Below are positions 16,135-26,120 of a stretch of DNA of 64,000 nt, piece after piece. A model generated the notes under the pieces. That model was not told the DNA's origin. It was given only the letters and a program-made list of their open reading frames with translations, and did not search any database. This DNA is from an uncultured Acidobacteriota bacterium (GTDB lineage: Bacteria > Acidobacteriota > Thermoanaerobaculia > Multivoradales > SZUA-115): positions 64,001 to 128,000 of the forward strand of contig CAWDVR010000005.1 in assembly GCA_963805975.1 (NCBI GenBank), given 5' to 3'. The position numbers were made by a program, and so were the translations under genes. Every line of letters starts with the position of its first letter. Within the stretch, counting starts at the first letter, position 1.

Positions 16135-17295
16135 ATGCCGCCGCCGCTCCGCCTGCGGGCCACGTCTTGGTTCGGCGATGCCGTCCTGGCGATGGCGGGG
16201 GTGCCCGCCCCGGGGCGCCTGCCGCCGCCCGCACCGGGTCCGCCCCACCCTCCCCGCTCGCTCGCCGAGCTCTGGACCGCAATCCGGGTCATTCCGCGCG
16301 CCGGCTCCGCGCTCGGCGGTTTGCGCGCCACCCTGAGCGCAGTGCGCGGAGACCTCCTCCGGAAGCAGCTCGACCAGCGGCCCGGCTTTGCCGGCCGCGG
16401 CTCGCCGCCACCCGGCTTCGGCGAGATCGACGGCATCGAGGTCGAGCCGGGCCGTTCGCCTCTCCATGCCTGGATCCATCCGCCCGCGGCCGGCCGGCCG
16501 GTTCTGTTCGTGTTGCACGGCCTCTACGACAGCCGGCAGAGCGGCTACGTCCTCCGCACCGCCGAATGGCTGGCCGGCCTCGGCTTCGGTGTCGTGGCGC
16601 CGGACCTCCGCTGGCACGGCAGGCTTTTCGGCGCCGAGCACATGCCGACTCTCGGCCTCCTCGAAGCCCGGGACCTCATCGCCTGGAGCCGCTTCCTCCA
16701 CGCCCGGCATCCCGGCCACCCGCAGGGCCTCCTGGGTTTCTCGCTGAGCACCCTAGCTGCGGCTCACGCCCTGGCTTCGCCGGAGGCCGCGACCCTGTTC
16801 GCGAGCGGCGGGGTGCTGGTCTCGCCGCCGGGTCCGCTCGCCCAGGCCCTGGACCTTCTCGACAAGGTTTCCCTCTTCGCCCATCCCCCGGGCTCCGGTG
16901 TGGTGCCGTTTCTCTTTCGCCGGCTCCTGGTCGAGCGCATGGAACGGCTGGGGCTGGGGAGAGCCGAGCACCGTCCCTTCGCGGCTCTCCTGGCAGAGGT
17001 CGGTCGACGACGGCCGCTAGGGGCGTTGCTCACGCCCGCCGAGCTCCTGGCCGAGGCCGATCACCTGCCGGCGCTCGCGCGTGCCCGCCGGCCGCTCCTG
17101 CTGCTGTGCTCGGAGGACGACCCCATCTTTCCCGCGCCGGCGCCCGTACAGCTCGCGGAGGCAGCGGCCGGCAACGAGCGCGTGCTCGTCCTGCCCTCAC
17201 CCTCTGGCGGCCACCTGGGGCAGCTCGCACTCCATTCGCAGTGGTTCGCCGACGTAGTCGCCCTGTTCGCGACCCACTCGGCCACGCTCGAGTGA
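16135..17295 (+). CDS. alpha/beta-fold hydrolase (YheT-like)
   Basis: VLHGL, DLRWHG, GFSLS nucleophile elbow, SEDDP acid, GGH histidine. Confidence 0.75.
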   Translation: MPPPLRLRATSWFGDAVLAMAGVPAPGRLPPPAPGPPHPPRSLAELWTAIRVIPRAGSALGGLRATLSAVRGDLLRKQLDQRPGFAGRGSPPPGFGEIDGIEVEPGRSPLHAWIHPPAAGRPVLFVLHGLYDSRQSGYVLRTAEWLAGLGFGVVAPDLRWHGRLFGAEHMPTLGLLEARDLIAWSRFLHARHPGHPQGLLGFSLSTLAAAHALASPEAATLFASGGVLVSPPGPLAQALDLLDKVSLFAHPPGSGVVPFLFRRLLVERMERLGLGRAEHRPFAALLAEVGRRRPLGALLTPAELLAEADHLPALARARRPLLLLCSEDDPIFPAPAPVQLAEAAAGNERVLVLPSPSGGHLGQLALHSQWFADVVALFATHSATLE

Positions 17296-17332
17296 GGTGA
17301 AGCTGTCGGGGGGACTTCGGTGCAGGGGGAAA

Positions 17333-17423
<91 letters not shown>

Positions 17424-17438
17424 AGGTCTGGCAAGCAT

Positions 17439-17528
<90 letters not shown>

Positions 17529-17544
17529 ACGGACTTCTCAAAGA

Positions 17545-18042
17545 TCAAGGCCGGCTAGCAGGCGCACCGCTCGCGCGGCGCCTCAGGGCGGCAAAAAACT
17601 CTTTCAACAAGGCCCCGCACGGCTCGGCGAGAACCCCGCCCTCGACTGCGAGGCAGTGATTCAAGCGCGGATCGCGAACCAGATCGCCCAAGGTGCCGCA
17701 AAAACCGGCCTTGGGGTCGCTCGCGCCGAACACCAGGCGTCCAACCCTGCTGTTGACCAGCGCCCCCGCGCACATGGCGCAGGGCTCGAGAGTGACGTAC
17801 ATCGTCGTTCCCTCGAGCCGCCAGCCACCGATCGCCGCCGCCGCCTGTCGGATGGCGATCAGCTCTGCGTGAGCCAGCGGATCCCGGTCCAGCTCCCGCC
17901 GGTTGTGCCCGCGGCCGATCACCTGGCCGCCGCTTACGATCACGGCACCGACGGGTACCTCGCCCAGCGCCGCGGCACGCACCGCCTCCGCCAGAGCGAG
18001 GCCCATCCAATCACGGTCCTCGTCCACTGACGGCGGCAGCAT
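17545..18042 (-). CDS. tadA: tRNA adenosine(34) deaminase
   Basis: EVPVGAV, HAE, TLEPCAMCAGA, DPKAG. Confidence 0.95.
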   Translation of the reverse strand: MLPPSVDEDRDWMGLALAEAVRAAALGEVPVGAVIVSGGQVIGRGHNRRELDRDPLAHAELIAIRQAAAAIGGWRLEGTTMYVTLEPCAMCAGALVNSRVGRLVFGASDPKAGFCGTLGDLVRDPRLNHCLAVEGGVLAEPCGALLKEFFAALRRRASGAPASRP

Positions 18043-18095
18043 GATGCTCCCGCTTTCGCGGGCCGCCGATCATACCGGAAGGCCAGGGAGAAGGT

Positions 18096-18119
18096 AAAAC
18101 GGCGGCTCGGGCCGCCGTT
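18096..18119 (-). terminator. intrinsic terminator downstream of the S8 peptidase gene
   Basis: Minus strand AACGGCGGC-CCGA-GCCGCCGTT-TT. Confidence 0.7.
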
Positions 18120-18183
18120 GGGTAACTACCGAGGAGGAGGAAGTGGCGGCCCGCGCTCCCCTGCGCGCCGCCACTCGGGAGGG

Positions 18184-21100
18184 CTACGGCACCGTCAAGG
18201 TCCAGGCCGAGGTGTTGCCGGTCTCGAAGCCGTCGCTGAATACCGAGTCGAGGCAGGACTGCACGGCCACCTCGTCGATGTACCAGCCTTCGTGGTCGAC
18301 CGAGCTGTCGGTGGCGTGACGGAAGCGCAGGTTCACGGTCTGGCCGGCGAAGGCGGACAGGTCCGCGATCACCTTCGTCCAGTCCTGCGGGTCACCGCAC
18401 CAGACGGTCTGGCTGGCGAGCGGGTTCGAGAAGGTGGTGGAGACCGGCCCGTCGTACGGATCGACCAGGATCTCCGTCTGCAGGCGCGTGTAGTTCACGC
18501 CGTCGGTCGAGATGTCGATCACCGCGGCGTCGAAGCAGCCGGAGGGGGGCTGGTCCTCGATTGTCTGGTGCTGCCAGAAGACCAGGCTGATGGGCTGCCC
18601 GGCAGCCGGCGGCAGAGTGATCGCCGGGCTGTGCGCGCGCTGGTCGGAGACCTCGTCCGGGCTGCTCGCGTGGTACGAGACCGTGCCGGCGTGGGCCCGC
18701 GCGGTGGAGGTGGCCCAGGTGTCGCCCGTGCCGTGGTGCGTCCAGCCCGTGGCACCCGACTCGAAGCTCTCGAAGTAGTGGACGGTGGGCGTGAGACCGA
18801 TCTGGCAGTCGCCCGGCGCCGGGATGGTGGTGAAGGTGAAGGTCGCCGAGTTGGAGCTCGTGCCGCAGGCGTTGGTGGCCCGCACGCGCCAGAAGTAGAC
18901 CGTGTTGGTGTTGAGCGGCGACGCCAGGGTGGCGGAGGTGCCGGCAATGCCGCTCACCGTGGCCACGATGCTCGTGAAGCCGCTGTCGGTCGCCACCTCG
19001 AGCGTGTAGGTGTCGGCCTGCGTGGCGGCCGACCAGGTGAAGTTCGGCGAGGCCGCGACGTTCACGGCGCCGTTCGCCGGCGCAGTGAGGGTGGGAGTGC
19101 CGGGGGTCGCGGTGTAGAGCTCCAGCCCCACGTTCCGGCTCTGGGTGATAGCGCCCGAGACCCCGTCGATCTGCAACGTGTAGGTGCCGGGGGTGCCGGA
19201 GCCGGTGTTGCCGATGGTCAGCGTGCTGGTGCCGGGCGGCGTCACCGGGTTGGTCGAGAAGAGCGTCGTGGTGCCGGCCGGGTTGCCGCTCACCGACAGG
19301 GTCACGGGGTCCGTGAAGCCCAGGATCGAACCGATGGTCAGGTTGTAGACCGCGTTGGTGGGCGCGCAGATCTCGAGCGCCGTGGGGGCCACCTGCAACG
19401 TGAAGGTGGGCTCCTCGACGCAGTTGAAGCAGACGATGGCGAAGTCCTGATCCGTCGCGTCACCGCTTCCCGGCACGCCGTCGCCGGCGATGTTCGCCGC
19501 CGTGACCGTGATCTCGATCGCGCCCGAGGCCCCGGGCTGGACGAAGATCGCCTCGTAGTTGTTCAGGCTGTCCGACAGGCCGCCGCTCACGCTCCACTGG
19601 GAGGAGAAGACGTTGCCGTGGTACGAGGTGCCGGCCACCGTGGCGTCGAGGTTCAGGTTGTTGACCTGCGGGCTGGTGCCGATGGCGCCGGCCTGGTCGG
19701 TGTACACCAGGGCGATCCGCACCGGCTTGGTGTTGTCGGCCACCGCGCCGCTCCAGGTCCAGGTCTCGCCGGTGGCGCCGAAGACCTCGCTCTGGTCGAG
19801 TATGTACTTCGGCGTGTCGTCGAACATCAGGCCCATGTTGGGCATGCCGTAGCCCTGGACGTTCGAGGGCAGGGTGTCGTTGGCCGCGGTGCCCGTCAGA
19901 TAGGTGGGATGGGCAAGCAGGTAGGCCTTGGTCATCGCCGGGCTGGGAGCCGTGCCGAGCCCGTTGACCTGGTCGTTGTCGAGCCACCAGTGGACGAGCG
20001 AGGCGAGGCCGGCCACGGCCGGGGTCGAATGGCTGGTGCCGGAGGAGGCCGCGAACACGGTCTGGGAGCCCGGCCGGAACTGGTCGCAGACCCCGCTGCC
20101 GTTGTAGCTCGCGTTGGTGCTGGCGGTGCCTTGGATGTGGGTGCCGGGGGCGATCACTTCCGGCTTCTTGCGGTTGCCGGGGGCCGGGCCGCGGCTCGAG
20201 AAGCTGATCACGTCCATGACGTTGTTGGCGCCCGTGGGGCCGATGCCGCAGCCGTCGGTCCAGCTTCCGCTCTCGTCGCTCGGGCGGTTGTTCTCGGAGG
20301 CGCCGACGGTGATCATGTTCTTGCCGTTGCCCGGCGAGCCGATGGTGCCCGCCCCGGGGCCGGAGTTGCCGGCCGAGAAGACGATGGTCAACTGCTGGTT
20401 GCCGCCGGCCGTCAGGTCGGCGTCGCGGATGCCGACGTCGTAAGCCTGCGAGGAATCGTCATAGGTTCCGGCGCAGCCCGAGCAGCCCCAGGAGTTGGTG
20501 TTGATGCGGGCGCCGTTCAACCAGATCGAGCGGATCATCCCGGTGTCCGTGCCGCCGCAGGCGCTCTCGTCAAAGCCCGGTCCGAAGACGCGGGTGCCGG
20601 CGATGCGGCCGAACGGGTTGACGCCCATGCCGCGCTGATAGCCGTCGGGATCACGGAACGGGAAGCCGCTCCGGGTGTCGTAGCCGCCCACGATCGAGGT
20701 GTTGATGTGGCCGTGCCCGTCCGGGCCCGCGCCATTGGCGGCGGCGGTGCAGTTGGCGACGTAGGCGAGGCGCGTCGGGTTGCTCGTGCTGCCGCCTTCG
20801 TGGAAGGTCGGGTCCAGGGAGTTGACGAGGCCGTTGCCGATGCCGTCGTCCGTGATGTCGACGATCGGATAGTCCGCCTGCGCGGTGGAGAAGCCGAGGC
20901 CGGTCAGGAACGCGAGGTAGCCCGGGCTGGTCGCGCCGCCGCCGGTGATGGCGCCGGCCATGACCTGGTTCTGCATCTCGTCGTTGAGCTCACGCGGGAG
21001 GCGCTCGCCGATCCAGGAGATGGCGCCGAGCCGGGAGAGCGCCTGGAGGTCGCCGGCGCGGACCTCGGCCACTATGTTCTGGTACTCGAGGATCGCGGTC

Positions 21101-21816
21101 CAGGCGGAGAGGCGGCGCTGCGTCAGCTCGACGATCGCCGCCTCCGTGGTCTGCTGGCCCTGGTGACGGACCATCTGGATGGTCACCGGGATGACCTCGT
21201 CCGGGTTGAAGGTGCGGTCTTTGGTCTCGAAGCGGGCCCGGATCGTCGGGCTGAGCTTGAGGTACGGCGGCAAGGTGGCGCTCCACTGCAGCACGTCGCC
21301 GGCTGCGGCCAGATTGGCGAGCGCCGCCCGGCCCGCGTCGTCGGCCCACACCAGATAGCCCTGGTTGGCCACGTAGTGAATCGGCCGGGCGCCGGTGGCC
21401 CGCACCTCGTCCAGCCACTGGTCCTTGATCGGCCCCACGAACTGGATGATCTGGAGGGCGCCACCGTGCGCCGGCTCGGCCGCGAAGGCGCTCGGCACCG
21501 AGAGGCGATCACGGAGGGGCTCGAAGGTCCGTGCATCGAAGAGGATCCGCTCGTCCAGCACGGAGACCGCGCTCCGCGCCGCGGGCGGCAGCGCCCGCAA
21601 CGAGGTCTCGGGAACGCGGTAGAGCCCGAAGGCGCCGTAGTCGTGCAGCAGCGCGGCGCCCGCGGCCGTCTCCAGGGTCCGCGGCGGAGCGATCACTTTC
21701 ACCGTGCCTGCCGGGGCCGCGGTCGCTGGAGATCCGGCCGCCAGGCACAAGGTGGCGGCAACGAGAACCGATTGTTGCATTCTAAGAATGCATGAACTTC
21801 TGTTTCCGCTTGGCAT
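18184..21816 (-). CDS. secreted multidomain S8 (subtilase, KP-43-like) serine peptidase with Ig/Fn3-like and jelly-roll C-terminal domains
   Basis: Signal peptide and catalytic DITDDG / GHGH / SGTSHSTP, plus FSAGNSG and FSSRGP. Ends VFSDGFETGNTSAWTLTVP. Start uncertain (21840/21816/21780). Confidence 0.9.
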   Translation of the reverse strand: MPSGNRSSCILRMQQSVLVAATLCLAAGSPATAAPAGTVKVIAPPRTLETAAGAALLHDYGAFGLYRVPETSLRALPPAARSAVSVLDERILFDARTFEPLRDRLSVPSAFAAEPAHGGALQIIQFVGPIKDQWLDEVRATGARPIHYVANQGYLVWADDAGRAALANLAAAGDVLQWSATLPPYLKLSPTIRARFETKDRTFNPDEVIPVTIQMVRHQGQQTTEAAIVELTQRRLSAWTAILEYQNIVAEVRAGDLQALSRLGAISWIGERLPRELNDEMQNQVMAGAITGGGATSPGYLAFLTGLGFSTAQADYPIVDITDDGIGNGLVNSLDPTFHEGGSTSNPTRLAYVANCTAAANGAGPDGHGHINTSIVGGYDTRSGFPFRDPDGYQRGMGVNPFGRIAGTRVFGPGFDESACGGTDTGMIRSIWLNGARINTNSWGCSGCAGTYDDSSQAYDVGIRDADLTAGGNQQLTIVFSAGNSGPGAGTIGSPGNGKNMITVGASENNRPSDESGSWTDGCGIGPTGANNVMDVISFSSRGPAPGNRKKPEVIAPGTHIQGTASTNASYNGSGVCDQFRPGSQTVFAASSGTSHSTPAVAGLASLVHWWLDNDQVNGLGTAPSPAMTKAYLLAHPTYLTGTAANDTLPSNVQGYGMPNMGLMFDDTPKYILDQSEVFGATGETWTWSGAVADNTKPVRIALVYTDQAGAIGTSPQVNNLNLDATVAGTSYHGNVFSSQWSVSGGLSDSLNNYEAIFVQPGASGAIEITVTAANIAGDGVPGSGDATDQDFAIVCFNCVEEPTFTLQVAPTALEICAPTNAVYNLTIGSILGFTDPVTLSVSGNPAGTTTLFSTNPVTPPGTSTLTIGNTGSGTPGTYTLQIDGVSGAITQSRNVGLELYTATPGTPTLTAPANGAVNVAASPNFTWSAATQADTYTLEVATDSGFTSIVATVSGIAGTSATLASPLNTNTVYFWRVRATNACGTSSNSATFTFTTIPAPGDCQIGLTPTVHYFESFESGATGWTHHGTGDTWATSTARAHAGTVSYHASSPDEVSDQRAHSPAITLPPAAGQPISLVFWQHQTIEDQPPSGCFDAAVIDISTDGVNYTRLQTEILVDPYDGPVSTTFSNPLASQTVWCGDPQDWTKVIADLSAFAGQTVNLRFRHATDSSVDHEGWYIDEVAVQSCLDSVFSDGFETGNTSAWTLTVP

Positions 21817-21927
21817 GGTGCGTACCCCCATTCCCGTCACTGCGGGCGGCCATTTTTACAGATGCAGAAAAGGCTCCCCATCATAGTGGAGTGCTCAGCG
21901 GCCTGGAAGCCCCGGAGCCCGGTCCGC

Positions 21928-21956
21928 TTTACATACCCTCCCGGGCCGCATAGCAT
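21928..21956 (+). promoter_or_regulatory. sigma70-type promoter of ffs-dnaX
   Basis: TTTACA (21928-21933), 17 bp, TAGCAT (21951-21956). Confidence 0.65.
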
Positions 21957-21974
21957 CGAGCGTCGGCAGTGGCA

Positions 21975-22086
21975 GACGAAGGGTTCGGGTCCTGTGCATC
22001 GGCCGATTCCGAACCTCGTCAGGCCCGGAAGGGAGCAGCGATAAGGTCTCCGGCCGAGTGCCGCAGGGAAGCCGGAACCCTTCGTC
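21975..22086 (+). ncRNA. ffs: signal recognition particle RNA (4.5S)
   Basis: Domain IV core TCAGGCCCGGAAGGGAGCAGC, terminal stem GACGAAGGGTTC/GAACCCTTCGTC, directly upstream of dnaX. Confidence 0.93.
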
Positions 22087-22105
22087 CGCTACTGTCCACG
22101 CATCC

Positions 22106-23872
22106 ATGGCCTATCAGGTGCTCGCCCGCAAGTGGCGGCCGCAGGATTTCTCTTCCTTAGTCGGCCAGGCCCCGATCGTCACCGCGCTGACCAACGCGCT
22201 CCGCGAGGGACGGATCGCTCAGGCCTATCTCTTCTCGGGGATTCGTGGGGTCGGCAAGACCTCGACCGCCCGCCTGCTGGCCAAGGCGCTCAACTGCGAG
22301 CAAGGGCCGACCGGAACGCCTTGTAACGAATGTGTCCCCTGCCGCGAGATCACCCGCGGCAGCGACCTCGACGTGCTCGAGGTCGACGCCGCCACCTACT
22401 CCAAGGTCGAGCAGGTCCGCGAGCTCACCGAGAGCCTGCGCTACGGCCCGGCCCGGGACCGCTTCAAGGTGCTGATCCTGGACGAGGTCCACCGCCTGTC
22501 GCGGCAGGCGTTCGACGCGCTGCTCAAGATCGTCGAGGAGCCGCCGCCGCACGTGGTGTTCATCTTCGCCACCACGGAGAGCGAGGCGGTCCCGGCGACC
22601 ATCCTCTCGCGCTGCCAGGAGTTTCGCTTCCGGCGGGTGACGGCCCAAGACCTGACCGCCCACCTGAAGGAGATCGCGCGGTCCGAGTCGATCACTGCCA
22701 GCGACGCGGCGCTGCGCCTGATCGCCCGCGCCGGTGAAGGCAGCGTGCGCGACTCGGTCGCCCTCCTCGACCAGCTCGCCACCTTCGGCTCCGGCACCAT
22801 TCGCGACGACGACGCGGCCCGCCTCGCCGGGGGGCTCGACGCCGCGCTCTTCCTCAGCCTGCTCGAGGGCATCCTGGCGGGCGATGCCGCGGCGGTCTCG
22901 ACCATCGCCGCCCGCGTCGAGGACGAGGGCTGGGACCCGCGCCACGTCTACCCGCAGTTCCTTTCCTTTTGCCGCGATGCCTTGCATCTCGCGACCGGCG
23001 GTGGAGCGGAACGGGTCGACCTGCCGGTCGACGACGCCGCGGCGCTCGCCAAGCTCGGCCGCGGCGCCGGCTACGAGAACCTGCTGCGCCTGCTGCAACT
23101 GCTGCTGGCCTCGGAAGAGTCGGTACGCCGCAGCGAGGCCTCGGCCATCGCGCTCGAGATCGCCTGGCTGCGGGCAGCCGAGCTGCCCAAGCTGATGCGC
23201 GTCGAAGAGCTGCTCGCGGGAGGGGGACTGTCGGGGGCGAGAGCTCCGACAGCGGCGCCTCCCCGGCCGACCGCACCTGCCCGCCCGGCGTCCGCCCCGG
23301 CAGCTTCTGCCCCGGCGCCTCCGCCGCCCGCCCGTGCGCCCTCACCGCCGCCCACGCCGGCGCCGCCCACACCGGTCGAGCCATCTTCCCGCCAACCTGA
23401 GGCCTCCAGGGAGCCCGCGGTCAGCGACCCGAGCGCGAGCGCGCGTCCCGCCGCCGACCCTCTCACCGCGTTCCTGGAAGAGGTGAGGACCCACCGCCAG
23501 CCGCTCGCGGCGCACCTCGAGGCCGCCGAGCGCCTGGCCTTCGAGGGCGGCGAGCTGCTCGTATACTTGCCGGCCGGCAAGGAAGGCGAAGTCTTGAAGC
23601 GCGCTCTCGAGCGGCCCGGCAACCGCTCGGCGCTGGACGAGGCGGTGGTCCGTGTGGGCGGCGCCGAGGCGCGCTGGCGGGCGCTTCCGGGCAGCGGGAC
23701 CGCCGCCTCGCCGCGCCCCGAGGCGCGTCGCGCCGAGACGCCGGATGACGAGGCAGGACAGGCGAAGGCGCTCGCCGAGGTGGGGCAACTGCGCATCCTC
23801 GACGACCTGGAGGATGCCTTCGGTCCCACCAAGGTAACGATCAGGCCCCGCGACGAGGGGCAGGAGGAATAG
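22106..23872 (+). CDS. dnaX: DNA polymerase III subunit gamma/tau
   Basis: MAYQVLARKWRPQ, GIRGVGKT, Zn-finger C..PCNEC..C, DEVH, LLKIVEEPP, SRCQ, and a Pro/Ala-rich linker. Confidence 0.96.
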   Translation: MAYQVLARKWRPQDFSSLVGQAPIVTALTNALREGRIAQAYLFSGIRGVGKTSTARLLAKALNCEQGPTGTPCNECVPCREITRGSDLDVLEVDAATYSKVEQVRELTESLRYGPARDRFKVLILDEVHRLSRQAFDALLKIVEEPPPHVVFIFATTESEAVPATILSRCQEFRFRRVTAQDLTAHLKEIARSESITASDAALRLIARAGEGSVRDSVALLDQLATFGSGTIRDDDAARLAGGLDAALFLSLLEGILAGDAAAVSTIAARVEDEGWDPRHVYPQFLSFCRDALHLATGGGAERVDLPVDDAAALAKLGRGAGYENLLRLLQLLLASEESVRRSEASAIALEIAWLRAAELPKLMRVEELLAGGGLSGARAPTAAPPRPTAPARPASAPAASAPAPPPPARAPSPPPTPAPPTPVEPSSRQPEASREPAVSDPSASARPAADPLTAFLEEVRTHRQPLAAHLEAAERLAFEGGELLVYLPAGKEGEVLKRALERPGNRSALDEAVVRVGGAEARWRALPGSGTAASPRPEARRAETPDDEAGQAKALAEVGQLRILDDLEDAFGPTKVTIRPRDEGQEE

Positions 23873-24169
23873 ATGAGCTCGATCCGCCAACTGATGAAGC
23901 AGGCGCAGCAGATGCAGGAAAAGCTGCAACGCGAGCTCGCCGATCTGATCGTCGAGGCCACGGTCGGCGGCGGCATGGTCACGGTGAAGATGAGCGGCCA
24001 CAAGCAGGTGGTGGCGGTGAAGATCGACCCCGAGGTCATGGACCCCAAAGACCCCTCGATGCTCGAGGATCTGATCGTCGCCGCGGTCAACGAGGCCGGC
24101 CGCAAGGTGGAGGAGACCATGCGCGGCCGCGTCGGCTCGCTCGCCTCGGGTCTGCCGATCTCCTTCTGA
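23873..24169 (+). CDS. ybaB: YbaB/EbfC nucleoid-associated protein
   Basis: MKQAQQMQ, GGGMVTV, LEDLIVAAVNEA. Lies between dnaX and recR. Confidence 0.95.
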   Translation: MSSIRQLMKQAQQMQEKLQRELADLIVEATVGGGMVTVKMSGHKQVVAVKIDPEVMDPKDPSMLEDLIVAAVNEAGRKVEETMRGRVGSLASGLPISF

Positions 24170-24182
24170 CCACCCGCCCTCG

Positions 24183-24767
24183 ATGTCCGATCCTCTTGCC
24201 CGGCTGATCGGCGAGCTCGCGCGGCTGCCGGGCATCGGTCCGAAGACGGCCTCGCGCCTCTCCCACCACCTGCTCAAGGTGCCGGCGAACGAGGCGCGCT
24301 CGCTGGCCGAGGCCATCGTCGAGGTCAAAGAAAAGCTCTTCCACTGCTCGCGCTGCAACGCGATCACCGCCATCGATCCCTGCCGCCACTGCCGCGACCC
24401 GGGGCGCCGGCAGGACCAGATCTGCGTCGTCGAGGAGCCCTTCAACATCGAGCCCATCGAGCGCACGGGCGAGTATCATGGGCTCTATCACGTGCTCCTG
24501 GGAGCTCTCTCTCCGCACCGCGGCGTGGGGCCGGACCGTCTGGCGATCGACGGCCTCCTCACCCGGCTCGACGGCGTCCTGGAGGTCATCGTCGCCACCA
24601 ACCCCAATGTCGAGGGCGAAGCCACGGCCCTCTACCTCGCCCGGCTGCTCAAGGCGCGCGGTGTCAGAACCACCCGCCTCGCCTTCGGCATGCCGGTCGG
24701 GGGCGACATCGAGTACACCGACGAGGTCACGCTCGGGCGGTCGCTCGCCGGCCGCCGCGAGATCTAG
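24183..24767 (+). CDS. recR: recombination mediator RecR
   Basis: LPGIGPKTA, C4 zinc finger, ICVVE, YHVL.G.LSP, ATNPNVEGEATA. Confidence 0.96.
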   Translation: MSDPLARLIGELARLPGIGPKTASRLSHHLLKVPANEARSLAEAIVEVKEKLFHCSRCNAITAIDPCRHCRDPGRRQDQICVVEEPFNIEPIERTGEYHGLYHVLLGALSPHRGVGPDRLAIDGLLTRLDGVLEVIVATNPNVEGEATALYLARLLKARGVRTTRLAFGMPVGGDIEYTDEVTLGRSLAGRREI

Positions 24768-24773
24768 CTGCCG

Positions 24774-26120
24774 ATGCCCGGCCTCGCCGAAACCGCCTCG
24801 CCGGCCAGGCGAGCCACGTTGCGGCGCGGAGACCTGCCGCCGCGCGTAGTCGAGGCGCCCCCCGGCCGCGAGTCGCGTGCGCTCTCCCGCCTCCTGGCGC
24901 AGTACGAAGCTCCGTCCGTGAACACGCTGGCCGGCGAACCGACCATTCTGTGGGCCGAGGCGCGCGGCGCCAACGTGCTCGACGTCGACGGCAACGTCTA
25001 TGTCGACCTGACTTCCGGCTTCGGCGTCGCCTCGGTCGGCCATCGCAACCCGCGGGTAGTCGCGGCCGTGCGGCGGCAGAGCGGCCTGCTGCTGCACGGC
25101 ATGGGGGACGTGGCCGCCCATCCGGCGCGGGTGGAGCTCGCGGCGGCCCTCTGCCGGCTGGCACCGGTGGACGAGCCGCGGGTCTTCTTCGCCGCCTCGG
25201 GCGCCGACGCCGTCGAGGTCGCCCTCAAGACCGCGGTGCTGGCGACCGGGCGGACAGGGATCCTGGCTTTCGATCCCGGATACCACGGCCTGACCCTGGG
25301 AGCGCTCGGCGTCACCTCGCGGGAGGAGTTCCGGCGGCCCTTTGCCGCCCTTCTCGCCGCGCGGGTGGAGCGCCTGCCGTTCGGCTGCCCGCTCGCGACC
25401 CTGGAGCAGGCCTTGCGGCGTTCGACGCCGGCCTGTGTGATCGTCGAGCCGGTGGTGGGGCGTGAGGGGGTCATCCTGCCGCCGGCCGGCTGGCTCTCGG
25501 GCCTGGCCGAGGCCTGCCGCCGGCACGGGGCCCTGCTCGTCGCCGACGAGATCCTGACCGGCTTCGGCCGCACGGGCCGCTGGTTTGCGGTCGACGAGGA
25601 AGGCGTGCGGCCGGACCTCCTGTGCTGCGGCAAGGCGCTCGGCGGCGGGCTGCCGCTCGCCGCGGTGATCGGCCGCCGCGAGCTGATGGACGCCTGGCGG
25701 CGGCGGGGCGAGGCCCTCCACACCTCGACCTTCCTCGCCCACCCCCTGGCCTGCGCCGCGGCCCTCGCCACCCTCCGGTTCATGGTCCGCCAGCGGCTCC
25801 TGGAGCGCCTGCCGCCCCTGGCCGCGGCGCTCGGCGAGCGCCTGGCGGCCTGGAAGCGGGACTTTCCCGGGGTCGCCGCCGTTCGCGGGCGGGGCCTGCT
25901 GTGGGGCGTGGAGCTGAGATCGAGGCGCCTGGCTCAAGACTGGGCGAAGGAGTGCCGGTCCCGCGGAGTGCTGATGCTCGCCGGTGGCCCGCGAGGAAAC
26001 GTGGCCCAGCTCTGCCCGCCGCTGGTGATCACGCGCGCCCAGCTCGCCGCCGCTCTCGCCGTGCTGGAGGACGCCCTCGCGGCCGTCGCACGGCGGCCGC
26101 GGCGAGGAGGGCTGCGATGA
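24774..26120 (+). CDS. class III PLP aminotransferase (GabT/ArgD-like)
   Basis: DVDGN.YVD, SGADAVE.ALK, YHG.T, EPVVG..G, DEILTGFGRTG, GKALGGG.P. Confidence 0.9.
   Translation: MPGLAETASPARRATLRRGDLPPRVVEAPPGRESRALSRLLAQYEAPSVNTLAGEPTILWAEARGANVLDVDGNVYVDLTSGFGVASVGHRNPRVVAAVRRQSGLLLHGMGDVAAHPARVELAAALCRLAPVDEPRVFFAASGADAVEVALKTAVLATGRTGILAFDPGYHGLTLGALGVTSREEFRRPFAALLAARVERLPFGCPLATLEQALRRSTPACVIVEPVVGREGVILPPAGWLSGLAEACRRHGALLVADEILTGFGRTGRWFAVDEEGVRPDLLCCGKALGGGLPLAAVIGRRELMDAWRRRGEALHTSTFLAHPLACAAALATLRFMVRQRLLERLPPLAAALGERLAAWKRDFPGVAAVRGRGLLWGVELRSRRLAQDWAKECRSRGVLMLAGGPRGNVAQLCPPLVITRAQLAAALAVLEDALAAVARRPRRGGLR

Noticed and set aside
18118-21795. 1225-aa plus-strand ORF, and similar long ORFs at 57597-60554, 56881-60354, 33953-36679 and 37248-39365
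   Set aside because: These are antisense or off-frame shadows of real high-GC genes, with Arg/Gly/Ala-rich translations lacking motifs.
23230-23460. Low-complexity CCG/GCG repeats in dnaX (similar ones in jag)
   Set aside because: They encode ordinary Pro/Ala-rich interdomain linkers and are not a DNA repeat array.
22106-23872. Programmed -1 frameshift in dnaX (gamma subunit)
   Set aside because: No A-AAA-AAG or poly-A slippery tract was seen by eye.
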